Position numbers and translations under genes: made by a program
Assembly (NCBI GenBank): GCA_041649295.1
Contig: JBAZNI010000002.1
Location: 141,356 to 205,355 of the forward strand
From: Candidatus Pacearchaeota archaeon
GTDB taxonomy: Archaea; Nanobdellota; Nanobdellia; Pacearchaeales; GW2011-AR1
DNA: 64,000 nt
Direction of reading: 5' to 3'
The notes under the pieces: model-generated
What the model was told of the DNA's origin: nothing
The model's database searches: none
The model's input: the letters and a program-made list of their open reading frames with translations, nothing else
Shown: in pieces, positions 41,963 through 51,075 of the stretch
How the letters are laid out: each line of letters starts with the position of its first letter
How positions within the stretch are numbered: the stretch's first letter is position 1

Positions 41963-44431
41963 ATGGCAGAATATAACTTTAACGCAATTGAGAAAAAGTG
42001 GCAGAAGAAATGGGAATCTGGAAAGGTGTTTGAAGTTAAAGAAGACAGCAAAAAAAAGTATTATGTTCTAGAGATGTTTCCATATCCATCTGGGAGCGGG
42101 TTGCATATGGGACATGCTTTTAATTATACTATTGGAGATATATATGCCAGATTTAAAAGAGCAAATGGGTTTAATGTTCTTTATCCTATGGGATATGATG
42201 CTTTAGGGTTGCCTGCTGAAAATGCGGCGATAAAAGCAGGAGAACATCCTAAGAAATTTACAGATAAAGCAATTGCTAATTTTATTAAACAACAAACAGG
42301 ATTAGGGTTAAGCTATGACTGGAGCAGAATAATAAGGACTTGCGAACCTGAGTATTATAAATGGAATCAATATTTCTTTTTGAAATTTCTTGAAAAAGGA
42401 TTAATATATAGAAAAAAAGCTCCTGTTAATTATTGCAGAAAGTGCGATACTGTTCTTGCAAATGAGCAAGTGCATAATGGAAAATGCTGGAGACATGAAG
42501 ATACTAATGTAGAGATAAAACATCTTGAACAGTGGTTTATTAAGACAACAGATTATGCAGACGAATTATTAGATAAAGTTGATGATTTAAAATGGCCTGA
42601 TAGAATCAAGGCAATGCAGAAAAACTGGATTGGCAGGTCTCATGGAACAGAAATTTTTTTTGAAATAAACGGAGAAAAATGGGCAATATTTACAACACGC
42701 CCAGATACAATTTATGGAGTTACATTTATGGTTATATCTGCACAACACCCGAGATTAATGGAATTAACTACTAAAGAACAAAAATCAAAAGTCGAATTTT
42801 TTCTAAAAAAGATTAAATCAACAAGTGAAAAAGATATGGAAGAACTTGAAAAAGAAGGGGCATTTACAGGCAGTTATGCTATTAATCCTGTTACTGGAGA
42901 TAAGCTCCCAGTTTATACTGGAAATTTTGTTGTTGCTGATTATGGTAGTGGTATGGTTATGGCTGTTCCTGCCCATGACCAAAGAGATTTTGAATTTGCA
43001 AAAAAATATAAACTTCCTATTAAAGTTGTGATTCAGCCAGATGCTTATGAATTAGATGGCAGTAAGATGTCGCGAGCTTATACTTCTGACGGAAGGTTAG
43101 TTAATTCTGGAGAATTTAATGGATGGAGTAACAGAGAGGCAATTGATGAAATTACTAAATATTTTGCTAAGAAAAAATTAGGAAGCAAGTCAATCCAGTT
43201 TAAATTAAGAGATTGGCTGGTTTCAAGACAGAGGTATTGGGGAACACCAATACCAATTATTTACTGTGAAAAGTGCGGGTTAGTTCCTGTTCCTGAAAAA
43301 GAACTTCCGGTTAAACTGCCTGAAGATATAAAATTTGGAAAAGGAAACCCCCTTTTGACAAGTGATAAATTTGTTAATGTTAAATGCCCTAAGTGCGGTG
43401 GAAAAGCAAAAAGAGAAACAGATACTATGGATACATTTTTTGATTCTTCATGGTATTTTTTAAGGTATTGTGATTCTAAAAATGGGAAAGAACCATTTTC
43501 AAAACTAAAAGCAAAATATTGGATGCCTGTGGATCAATATATCGGGGGAGCTGAACATGCGTGCATGCATTTAATATATGCTAGATTTTTCACAAAAGTT
43601 CTTCGCGATTTGGGTTTTTTGGATTTTGATGAGCCATTTATAAAATTATTTAATCAGGGCATGCTGCATGGGGAAGATGGAGCAGTTATGTCAAAATCCC
43701 GTGGCAATGTTGTGCTGCCTGAGGAAATTTCAAAAACATATGGAATTGATACTGCAAGGTTATTTTTAGTTTCTTTAGCTTCTCCAAGTAAAGATATTGA
43801 ATGGAGTGATAAAGGAGTTAAAGGGAGTTTTAAATTTGTTAATAAAGTTTTGGATTATTTTAAAAAACCAAATAAAGGAAAATCTTCTAAAAGGTTAGAG
43901 AGTAAATTAAACAAGACTATTAAAGAGATAAGTCAGGGTATAGAAGAGTTTAATTATAATATTGCAGTTATAAAATTAAGACAGTTGTTTGAGACTATTG
44001 AATTAGAAGAGAGCGTGTCTAAAAAGGATTTAGAGTCTTTTTTAAAATTGCTGTCTGTTTTCTGCCCGCATATAGCAGAAGAAATATGGGAAAAGTTTGG
44101 CAATAAGGGATTTATTTCTTTACAAAAATGGCCTGTTGCAGACGAGAGCAAGATTGATGAAAAATTAGAACTGGCTGAAAAATCTGCTGAAAAAACAATA
44201 CAAGATATTAATAATATTATTAATCTAGTTAAAGATAAAACTGGAAAAGAACCTGATAAAATATACATCTATACTCTTCCAAATGAGACTATTAATTATG
44301 ATTCTGAACTTTTAAATGAGAGGTTTGGCAAAGAAGTTAAGGTTTATGCAGTTAATGATAAGAATAAGTATGACCCAGAAGAAAAAAGCAAAAAGGCAAA
44401 ACCAGGCAAGCCGGGAATTTTTGTGGAATAG
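41963..44431 (+). CDS. leuS: leucyl-tRNA synthetase (bacterial-type architecture)
   Basis: KWQKKWE, MFPYPSGSGLHMGHAFNYTIGD and VMSKSRGN (KMSKS). The N-terminal layout resembles bacterial LeuRS. Start moved to MAEYNF. Confidence 0.95.
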   Translation: MAEYNFNAIEKKWQKKWESGKVFEVKEDSKKKYYVLEMFPYPSGSGLHMGHAFNYTIGDIYARFKRANGFNVLYPMGYDALGLPAENAAIKAGEHPKKFTDKAIANFIKQQTGLGLSYDWSRIIRTCEPEYYKWNQYFFLKFLEKGLIYRKKAPVNYCRKCDTVLANEQVHNGKCWRHEDTNVEIKHLEQWFIKTTDYADELLDKVDDLKWPDRIKAMQKNWIGRSHGTEIFFEINGEKWAIFTTRPDTIYGVTFMVISAQHPRLMELTTKEQKSKVEFFLKKIKSTSEKDMEELEKEGAFTGSYAINPVTGDKLPVYTGNFVVADYGSGMVMAVPAHDQRDFEFAKKYKLPIKVVIQPDAYELDGSKMSRAYTSDGRLVNSGEFNGWSNREAIDEITKYFAKKKLGSKSIQFKLRDWLVSRQRYWGTPIPIIYCEKCGLVPVPEKELPVKLPEDIKFGKGNPLLTSDKFVNVKCPKCGGKAKRETDTMDTFFDSSWYFLRYCDSKNGKEPFSKLKAKYWMPVDQYIGGAEHACMHLIYARFFTKVLRDLGFLDFDEPFIKLFNQGMLHGEDGAVMSKSRGNVVLPEEISKTYGIDTARLFLVSLASPSKDIEWSDKGVKGSFKFVNKVLDYFKKPNKGKSSKRLESKLNKTIKEISQGIEEFNYNIAVIKLRQLFETIELEESVSKKDLESFLKLLSVFCPHIAEEIWEKFGNKGFISLQKWPVADESKIDEKLELAEKSAEKTIQDINNIINLVKDKTGKEPDKIYIYTLPNETINYDSELLNERFGKEVKVYAVNDKNKYDPEEKSKKAKPGKPGIFVE

Positions 44432-44464
44432 AAATGTTTTTAAACTGTTTAAATATAAAAAATT

Positions 44465-45355
44465 ATGAGTTATAAATTGCCAGATGGAATAAGTATAGAA
44501 CAATTAGGAGAGAGTCTTCTTTCATCTTATTTACTGGATTCAATAGTAGAACCCTTTAAAGGAGGGAGACTTGGTACCCATTCTGATTATGAGTATGTTT
44601 ATCCTGACCCAAATGCTTATTATAATAATGGAAGTCCAGAAGATAGGGTTAAATTCCATGATGCTTTAGCGTATTTAATTGACAAAAGTGGAGAATTTCT
44701 TTCTCTTGATGAAAGAAATAGAGAAAGAAAATTAACAGGTGTAACTAAACTTATAAGACACTTTTTAGGTGGAAATCCTTGCTGGGATTATGTTTTAAAA
44801 GATGAAACTCGTTCATTGTTACCAAAAACAGATGAGGATCTTAAGTCTCCAGAACAAATAAAAAATTATAGAGAAGAGCATGAGTCCTTAAAAATGAGGA
44901 TAGCTTCTGGAGTTTCGTTTCTTCTAACTCACGGAGATCAGAGTATCCCCCTTATTTTTAAACTTAGAATTCCTCCAAGTACCCTTGCCTTGGAGGGGTG
45001 GGTTAATTTGGTTGGGCGAGGAGGATGCAATGCTTTTGATCTTTTTGCATATCTTCATACACTAATGCAGGGATATGGTAGTGGTGAAAATTGTTTATGG
45101 GGCGAATCTTATGTTGAAGGGTTGAGATATGGGGATATAACTCCTTTTTTACAAGGTGGAGATGTTAACAATTTTTTTAATGCACGAACACCTGGGCAGA
45201 CAGTATTTAATTTAGGCTCTAATTTATCACATTTACCAACAATTTTGGCAACAGAAACACCCAAATATCTTGACGCAACTCAAAGAGATAGTCTTTGCAG
45301 AAATATTTGTGATGATTTGAGAAAATCAGTTTATGCAGACATATCTGCTGATTAA
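44465..45355 (+). CDS. hypothetical protein
   Basis: 296 aa, no signal peptide, scattered Cys. No family recognised. Confidence 0.45.
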   Translation: MSYKLPDGISIEQLGESLLSSYLLDSIVEPFKGGRLGTHSDYEYVYPDPNAYYNNGSPEDRVKFHDALAYLIDKSGEFLSLDERNRERKLTGVTKLIRHFLGGNPCWDYVLKDETRSLLPKTDEDLKSPEQIKNYREEHESLKMRIASGVSFLLTHGDQSIPLIFKLRIPPSTLALEGWVNLVGRGGCNAFDLFAYLHTLMQGYGSGENCLWGESYVEGLRYGDITPFLQGGDVNNFFNARTPGQTVFNLGSNLSHLPTILATETPKYLDATQRDSLCRNICDDLRKSVYADISAD

Positions 45356-45554
45356 TATTATTCTTTTAAATAATGCCTATTTTGCCATTTTTCAGATATT
45401 TTCAAAAAAATCTTTGTAATAGTTTGTTAATTAAAAAATAAATCTACATATTTCAATTTGTAGTATATAACACTTATTGATATCAAGAATATTAACTGAA
45501 TTATTAATCTAACAAAACAGATAGGTTTAAAACGTTTCTTTAGAATTAAAATTT

Positions 45555-46652
45555 ATGCACTACCATTTAATCTTAACTCCGGACTGCGATTCGCAATGCA
45601 GGTATTGCTATGGAAAATCAATGAAAGAAGAAAATAATCTTTCAAAAACATGGAAGTTTGATTTTAGCTGTCCAAATAAATGGGATGTAGATATTCAAAA
45701 ATTAAAAAAATTTATTGACAATGACAAAGATGCAGTTATTATTTTTTATGGAGGAGAACCATTATTGCAAATTGAAAAAATTAAAGAGATTATCGATAAA
45801 ATTAATGTTCCTTTTAGGATGCAGACAAATGGAAAACTGCTTGATAAGTTACCGATTAAATATCTGAATAAAATTGACAAGATACTTATTTCTCTTGACG
45901 GAAGTAAGGAAAGAACAGATTATAACAGAGGATACGGAACATTTGACAAGGTTATTTTTAATATTAACAAAATAAAATCTGAAGGTTATAAAGGAGAGTT
46001 AATTGCAAGAATGACAATTTCAGAATTTCCTGATGTTTATGAACAGGTTAAAAATTTAGTAGATTTAGGATTTAAATCTATACACTGGCAGTTAGATGCT
46101 GGTTTTTATAAGTGCGATTTTAGCGAAGATAAATTTTCTAGATTTGTTGAAGAATATAATAAATCTGTCAGCAAATTAATTAGTTATTGGATAGATGAAA
46201 TAAGCAAAGGAAATTTTATCAGAATATATCCTTTTGTTGCAATTGTAGATTCTTTGTTAAAAAATGAAAAAACTTTGCTTCGTTGCGGAGCAGGACATTC
46301 TGGTTATGCTATTTGTCCTAATGGAGAAATAGTTGCATGTCCAATTATGAATTGTATTAAGGATTTTGAAGCAGGAGATTTAGATTTTAATTTTAATGAA
46401 TTGAAGAAATTTACAATTAATGAATGTTCTGAATGTGATATCAGAGATATTTGTGGTGGCAGATGTTTGTATTGGAGAAAAGCTAAACTCTGGGATAAAA
46501 AAGGAGATGGACTAATCTGCAATACAATTAAACATTTAGTCAGTGAATTAAAAAATAAAATTCCAGAAATTAATAGATTAATTGATAATAACACGGCAAC
46601 TAAAAATGATTTTGAATATGAAAAGTATTTTGGCCCTGAGATAATTCCTTAG
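45555..46652 (+). CDS. radical SAM enzyme with SPASM-type C-terminal Cys cluster
   Basis: CDSQCRYC (CX3CX2C) at the N-terminus, and C-terminal CGAGHSGYAICPNGEIVACP...CSECDIRDICGGRC. Confidence 0.85.
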   Translation: MHYHLILTPDCDSQCRYCYGKSMKEENNLSKTWKFDFSCPNKWDVDIQKLKKFIDNDKDAVIIFYGGEPLLQIEKIKEIIDKINVPFRMQTNGKLLDKLPIKYLNKIDKILISLDGSKERTDYNRGYGTFDKVIFNINKIKSEGYKGELIARMTISEFPDVYEQVKNLVDLGFKSIHWQLDAGFYKCDFSEDKFSRFVEEYNKSVSKLISYWIDEISKGNFIRIYPFVAIVDSLLKNEKTLLRCGAGHSGYAICPNGEIVACPIMNCIKDFEAGDLDFNFNELKKFTINECSECDIRDICGGRCLYWRKAKLWDKKGDGLICNTIKHLVSELKNKIPEINRLIDNNTATKNDFEYEKYFGPEIIP

Positions 46653-46726
46653 GGAGTAATATCCTTGGAATAATGGTAAAACACGTATAATTTATTGTTT
46701 TGCTATTGACTCTCAACTTATAAAAT

Positions 46727-47566
46727 TCAATAACTAAATTTTATCCCCTTTGCTTTTTTAATAATTCCTACTCTGTTTTCTGGAATCGGTTCTTTGTCTG
46801 TGAGTTTCATATAGTCAAGAACTTTTTTCTTTTTTTGTTTTATAGTTAAATCATTAGACAGACACGGGCCTCCAATACATCCTCCATAACAAAAAGTTAT
46901 ATCGAGAAATCTTATTTTTTTATTTGGATTATCTAAGAATTTTTTAACATTTTTAATTCCGTCGACTATTCCACATTCTTCTTTTTTAATTATCCCCTTA
47001 AGATGAGCTGTTTTTGATAACCCGCCTGATAACGGATAAACTTTTGTGTAATCATTATAAAATCTGTCAAATCTAATTTCATTATTTTTATTTTCTTTTA
47101 TTTTATATTTTTTAAACAATCCTTTTAGTTGCTGGTAATCAATAATATAATCAACAAATTTTGAATTTTCTGCTTCTAACTTTTTATAATTGCACGGAGA
47201 AATAAAAATTGTTTTGTGGCCAGGATAAATTTTTTTACATATTTTTGCAGTTGCTATCATAGGGCTGTCAACTTTTATTAGATTGCTTTTATACTGGGGA
47301 TATTCTTTTTTTATATACTCACTAATTCCCGGGCATGTAGATGAAATAAGAAGTTTTTTTGAATTTTCAATTTGTTTATGATACTCTCTGTTAATCATTT
47401 TTGCACCAAATGTAATTTCTGTTACTTTGTCAAAACCTAACTTTTTTAACTGACTGATGATACTAGGATAATTAAATTCTGAAACAAAACTTGGAGCAAT
47501 CATTGCAACCATCAGTTTATTATTCTTTAATTCTTGTTCTATTTTAGAAATATCATTTTTATTCAT
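46727..47566 (-). CDS. minimal [FeFe]-hydrogenase H-domain-like protein (Fe_hyd_lg_C / Nar1-like)
   Basis: H-cluster-like motifs SSTCPG (L1-like, single Cys), SPCNYKKLE (PCxxKxxE) and FCYGGCIGGP (CxxGCxxGG). No N-terminal ferredoxin domain. Start moved to the internal MNKND. Confidence 0.65.
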   Translation of the reverse strand: MNKNDISKIEQELKNNKLMVAMIAPSFVSEFNYPSIISQLKKLGFDKVTEITFGAKMINREYHKQIENSKKLLISSTCPGISEYIKKEYPQYKSNLIKVDSPMIATAKICKKIYPGHKTIFISPCNYKKLEAENSKFVDYIIDYQQLKGLFKKYKIKENKNNEIRFDRFYNDYTKVYPLSGGLSKTAHLKGIIKKEECGIVDGIKNVKKFLDNPNKKIRFLDITFCYGGCIGGPCLSNDLTIKQKKKKVLDYMKLTDKEPIPENRVGIIKKAKGIKFSY

Positions 47567-47582
47567 TTCTTTAATATTATTT

Positions 47583-47795
47583 TTAACCTCTTTTTCCTTT
47601 TTTCTGCCTTGAAAAAATATCAACAAGGGCATCATCACATTTAGATGTGGCAGTTGAGGGGGAATTAGAAAATGTTATACAGCTTCTTCTTACAATATCC
47701 TCGACTTGTTCTTTCAAGGTTAAAAGATTTTTTTTAGCTCTTTTGTTTAAAATCTTTTCTTCCTGCTCATCAATATTAATTATAATTTTAGTCAT
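47583..47795 (-). CDS. small ribbon-helix-helix-like protein
   Basis: MTKIIINIDEQEEKILNKRAKKNLLTLKEQVEDIVRRS fits an RHH pattern. Lies directly upstream of the hydrogenase-like gene. Confidence 0.4.
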   Translation of the reverse strand: MTKIIINIDEQEEKILNKRAKKNLLTLKEQVEDIVRRSCITFSNSPSTATSKCDDALVDIFSRQKKGKRG

Positions 47796-47796
47796 T

Positions 47797-48258
47797 TTAT
47801 CCAAAAACAATTAGATAATTTAAAAGGGTAGCAAAACTTACCCATAGCAAGTAAGGTATGATAAGATAAAATGAAGTTTTATTTATTTTATAAGTTACTG
47901 CCAGCATTAGAACTATAGAAATCCAGAGAAGCAGTATTTCAATTAAAGAAGCAAAAGGGCTTTTTAGTTTGAAAAATAAAAAGCTCCAGAGAATATTAAG
48001 AACAAGATTTATGCTAAAAATAACAGCAACTACCTTTTTCTGATGCTTTTTTGCTCTTGTTAATGAGATATACATAGAAACTGCTATTAAAACAAATAAA
48101 ATTGTCCATGCAATAGGAAAAACATAACTTGGAGGGGTGATTGAAGGCTTTATAGATTCGTACCATGCCCCGATTTCTGTGAACATACTTCCTATTAGAG
48201 CAGTTAAAAAAACAGCTGTAACTGCTATTAATAAGTATTTTAAGTTAATCTTTCTCAT
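47797..48258 (-). CDS. tspO: TspO/MBR family tryptophan-rich sensory protein
   Basis: Five TM helices. WYESIKPSITPPSYVFPIAWTILF is typical of TspO. Confidence 0.8.
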   Translation of the reverse strand: MRKINLKYLLIAVTAVFLTALIGSMFTEIGAWYESIKPSITPPSYVFPIAWTILFVLIAVSMYISLTRAKKHQKKVVAVIFSINLVLNILWSFLFFKLKSPFASLIEILLLWISIVLMLAVTYKINKTSFYLIIPYLLWVSFATLLNYLIVFG

Positions 48259-48387
48259 TTTCTTCTTTTTACATTTATTATAAATCTGATTACTTTTTTA
48301 AAGGTTTAGATTTACTTGGTATTTTTCAGCAGATATTTTATGGTAGAGTTTGGGATTATTATTTATTTAATATAGAGCAAATTGCTG

Positions 48388-49194
48388 TTAAAAACTAGGA
48401 TATTTTTTTAACTGAGGCCATTTGTCTTCTAAACTTTTAGCTTCTTTTTGAAATATTATTCCAATAGGAATTTTTCCTTTTTTTGAGTTGTAATCAAATT
48501 CATCTGATAACTCATTTGCTTTTTTTATGTCTTTATTATCAGGTATTTTATACATTAACTTGTCTAAATCATTCATTTCTTTGTTGAATATAAGACATCT
48601 TTGCATTATCTCTATGTATGAAAATCCCTTATGGTTCATTGCTTTTTCAATAATTTCTGCTGTCCTGTTTATGTCCATAGCATTTGCTCTTGCTACAAAT
48701 GTTGCTCCTGATGCCAAAGCTAATTTAATTGGATTAATTGGATGGCTGAATTCTCCTAATGGCTCTGACTTTGTTTTATATCCTATTTGAGATGTAGGTG
48801 TTGCCTGCCCTGTTGTCAGTGAAAATGACTGGTTATCATGAACAATAAAAGTCATGTCCTGATTATGCCTGAATGCATGTATAAAATGCTCCATTCCTTC
48901 TGCATAAGTATCTCCATCACCTGCAAATCCAATTACTTTTAATTTTGGATTTCCTAAAGTTATTCCCATTGCTATTGGCAGTACTCTTCCGTGCAATCCG
49001 TAAATTCCGCTTAAATTCAGATAATCAAACATCTTGGCATGGCATCCAATTCCCGTAACAATTGCAAAGTTTTCCTGTTTTTCTCCTTTCTGAATTAAAC
49101 TAGAAATTGCTTTTTTAACAGCTTCTAATATCATATAGTTAGAACATCCTGGGCACCATGTGAATTCGTTGTTTGTTTTTAGATTTGTGGTCAT
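48388..49194 (-). CDS. 2-oxoacid:ferredoxin oxidoreductase beta subunit (TPP-binding)
   Basis: WCPGCSNY, GIGCH and GFAGDGDTYAEG (TPP motif GDG). Confidence 0.9.
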   Translation of the reverse strand: MTTNLKTNNEFTWCPGCSNYMILEAVKKAISSLIQKGEKQENFAIVTGIGCHAKMFDYLNLSGIYGLHGRVLPIAMGITLGNPKLKVIGFAGDGDTYAEGMEHFIHAFRHNQDMTFIVHDNQSFSLTTGQATPTSQIGYKTKSEPLGEFSHPINPIKLALASGATFVARANAMDINRTAEIIEKAMNHKGFSYIEIMQRCLIFNKEMNDLDKLMYKIPDNKDIKKANELSDEFDYNSKKGKIPIGIIFQKEAKSLEDKWPQLKKYPSF

Positions 49195-49445
49195 TTTAAT
49201 TTTACTCCTGAAATTCCGAATAGTAATTTAAATTTATTTTTATCTTTATTAAAAAATTTAATACCTTCATTAGTAGAGATAATTACACCTTTTTTAAAAA
49301 TCCAAATTCTTATATAATATCCATTAATTTGTTTAGGTTTCACAAATTTATTTATCCTATATTCTTTTTTTCCAATTTCAATTTCAGTTGACTTAAAGCT
49401 GTCATTTCCAATTCCAATTTCTGCATATACTTTTTCTTTTTTCAT
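49191..49445 (-). CDS. small Cys-free protein translationally coupled between the OFOR subunit genes
   Basis: 84-aa ORF with ATGA-type overlaps at both ends. Lys-rich and without Cys, so not a ferredoxin-type delta subunit. Confidence 0.4.
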   Translation of the reverse strand: MKKEKVYAEIGIGNDSFKSTEIEIGKKEYRINKFVKPKQINGYYIRIWIFKKGVIISTNEGIKFFNKDKNKFKLLFGISGVKLK

Positions 49446-50968
49446 TTCAGCCTCTTGGCAATTTCAAGATTTAATTCGTCTGAGTAAAAAGGACGGCTGT
49501 CATATTTTAGGATTCTGTTTTTTTCTTCTATTTTAATTCCTGTTTTTTCTCTTATTAATCTGCCTAGCTGTCCTGTTGAATTTTGTTCAACAAGCAGAAC
49601 ATTTTTTGATTTTTCAATTTCTTTTCTTATTTCATCAGATATTGGTTTTAAATATAACACCTGGAGGAATTTGCAGTCTAAGCCTTCAATTGCATCTAGG
49701 ACAACTGTTTTTGTTGAGCCCCAGCCAATTATAAGATTTTTTGAATTTTTATTTCCAAATATTTTAATCATTTCAAAATTTTCAACTTCTTTTTTTATCT
49801 GCCTGTATTTTTTTATTCTGTTATCTGCGCCAATTTTTGCAGTTTCTGCATCTTCTTTTGTATTCCCATATTCATCATGCTCATAACTTGATGCTCTTAC
49901 AATTGTTTTGCCTGGAATAGCTCTATTTATTTTTACATCTAAGATTTTATTAGGTTTGCTGTTTGTTGAAAATTCTCCTTCTGCTAAATGCTTGTCACTT
50001 AGTATTATCGAAAGTGTTTTGAATTTTTCAGCAAGATACAGGGCTTCATTTGTTTTTTCTATACATTCTATAGGGTCTCCAGGAGCTATTACTACTCTTG
50101 GGAATTCTCCATGTCCTGCTCTTAGCGCAACATCTAAATCAGATTGGCAAGTGTAAGTTGGAACTCCTGTTCCTGGACCAGGACGGCTTGCTAAATAGAC
50201 TGTTAAGGGAATTTCAGATATGCCTTGAAAACTTAAAGCTTCTGTCATTAAATCAAAACCTCCTCCACTGGTTCCAACCATTACTCTGCTTCCGGTGAAA
50301 CTTGCACCTAACGCAGCATTTACAGCAGATATTTCACTTTCTGGCTGGAAAACTAGCAAGTTATTTTTTATTTGATTAGAAGCGAGTTCATGCATAACTC
50401 CTGTTGCAGGAGTCATTGGGTATGAAAAATATAAATCTAATTTTGAATTAATTGCTCCTTGTGAAATTCCTTGATTTCCTGTTAGTATCATTAATTTATT
50501 CTGTGATTTCTTCAAGTTAAATTTTTCTTTTTCACTGTCATAGCCTTTTTCAGCTGCTTCAGATGCTTCCAGACTATTAAATTGTTTTTTTACTTCTGCT
50601 ATTAAGAATTTTTTATCTACTCCAAGAATTTTTATTAGTGCTCCTGCGAGAGCAATATTTGCATTTAATCCTAAATCGCAAAATTCTTCACAACTAAGTA
50701 TTATTCCTGATTTTTTTAGCTCTTTTTTATGCATTTCAACAGTTTTTTTATCTAGCGCGACTATTATATCAATTTTTGATTCAATGCTTCCAATTCTCTT
50801 ATCACTTATTGAAAGGACATTGAAGTTATGCCCCCCTCTTATTAAGGACGGATAGTCTCTATAATTAAAGGTAAAATATCCATAATCTGACATTACTTTT
50901 GAAACTATTTCTGACAGCTTGTTTATACCCTGTCCTGCTTTTCCACCTATAAGAATTGTCAGCCTCAT
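49442..50968 (-). CDS. 2-oxoacid:ferredoxin oxidoreductase, fused gamma-alpha subunit
   Basis: The N-terminal gamma-like IGGKAGQGIN...LIRGGHN is followed by the alpha-like GNQGISQGAI...SYPMTPATG. Confidence 0.9.
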   Translation of the reverse strand: MRLTILIGGKAGQGINKLSEIVSKVMSDYGYFTFNYRDYPSLIRGGHNFNVLSISDKRIGSIESKIDIIVALDKKTVEMHKKELKKSGIILSCEEFCDLGLNANIALAGALIKILGVDKKFLIAEVKKQFNSLEASEAAEKGYDSEKEKFNLKKSQNKLMILTGNQGISQGAINSKLDLYFSYPMTPATGVMHELASNQIKNNLLVFQPESEISAVNAALGASFTGSRVMVGTSGGGFDLMTEALSFQGISEIPLTVYLASRPGPGTGVPTYTCQSDLDVALRAGHGEFPRVVIAPGDPIECIEKTNEALYLAEKFKTLSIILSDKHLAEGEFSTNSKPNKILDVKINRAIPGKTIVRASSYEHDEYGNTKEDAETAKIGADNRIKKYRQIKKEVENFEMIKIFGNKNSKNLIIGWGSTKTVVLDAIEGLDCKFLQVLYLKPISDEIRKEIEKSKNVLLVEQNSTGQLGRLIREKTGIKIEEKNRILKYDSRPFYSDELNLEIAKRLK

Positions 50969-51075
50969 TTTAACCTATAAGTATGTTTTTGTTGGTATAT
51001 AAAATTAATTATGTCTGTTTTTAGAAGGTAAGTTATTTAAACGTGTTTTTGTTTTTATGATTGAAAAGAGTGAAA

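Noticed and set aside
44990-45130. C-terminal region of the 296-aa protein as a template repeat or third variable region for the candidate DGR patches
   Set aside because: It has only loose amino-acid resemblance (RGG, SG, LWGE). The nucleotide sequence is not identical at non-A positions to either patch, and its composition is not A-depleted.
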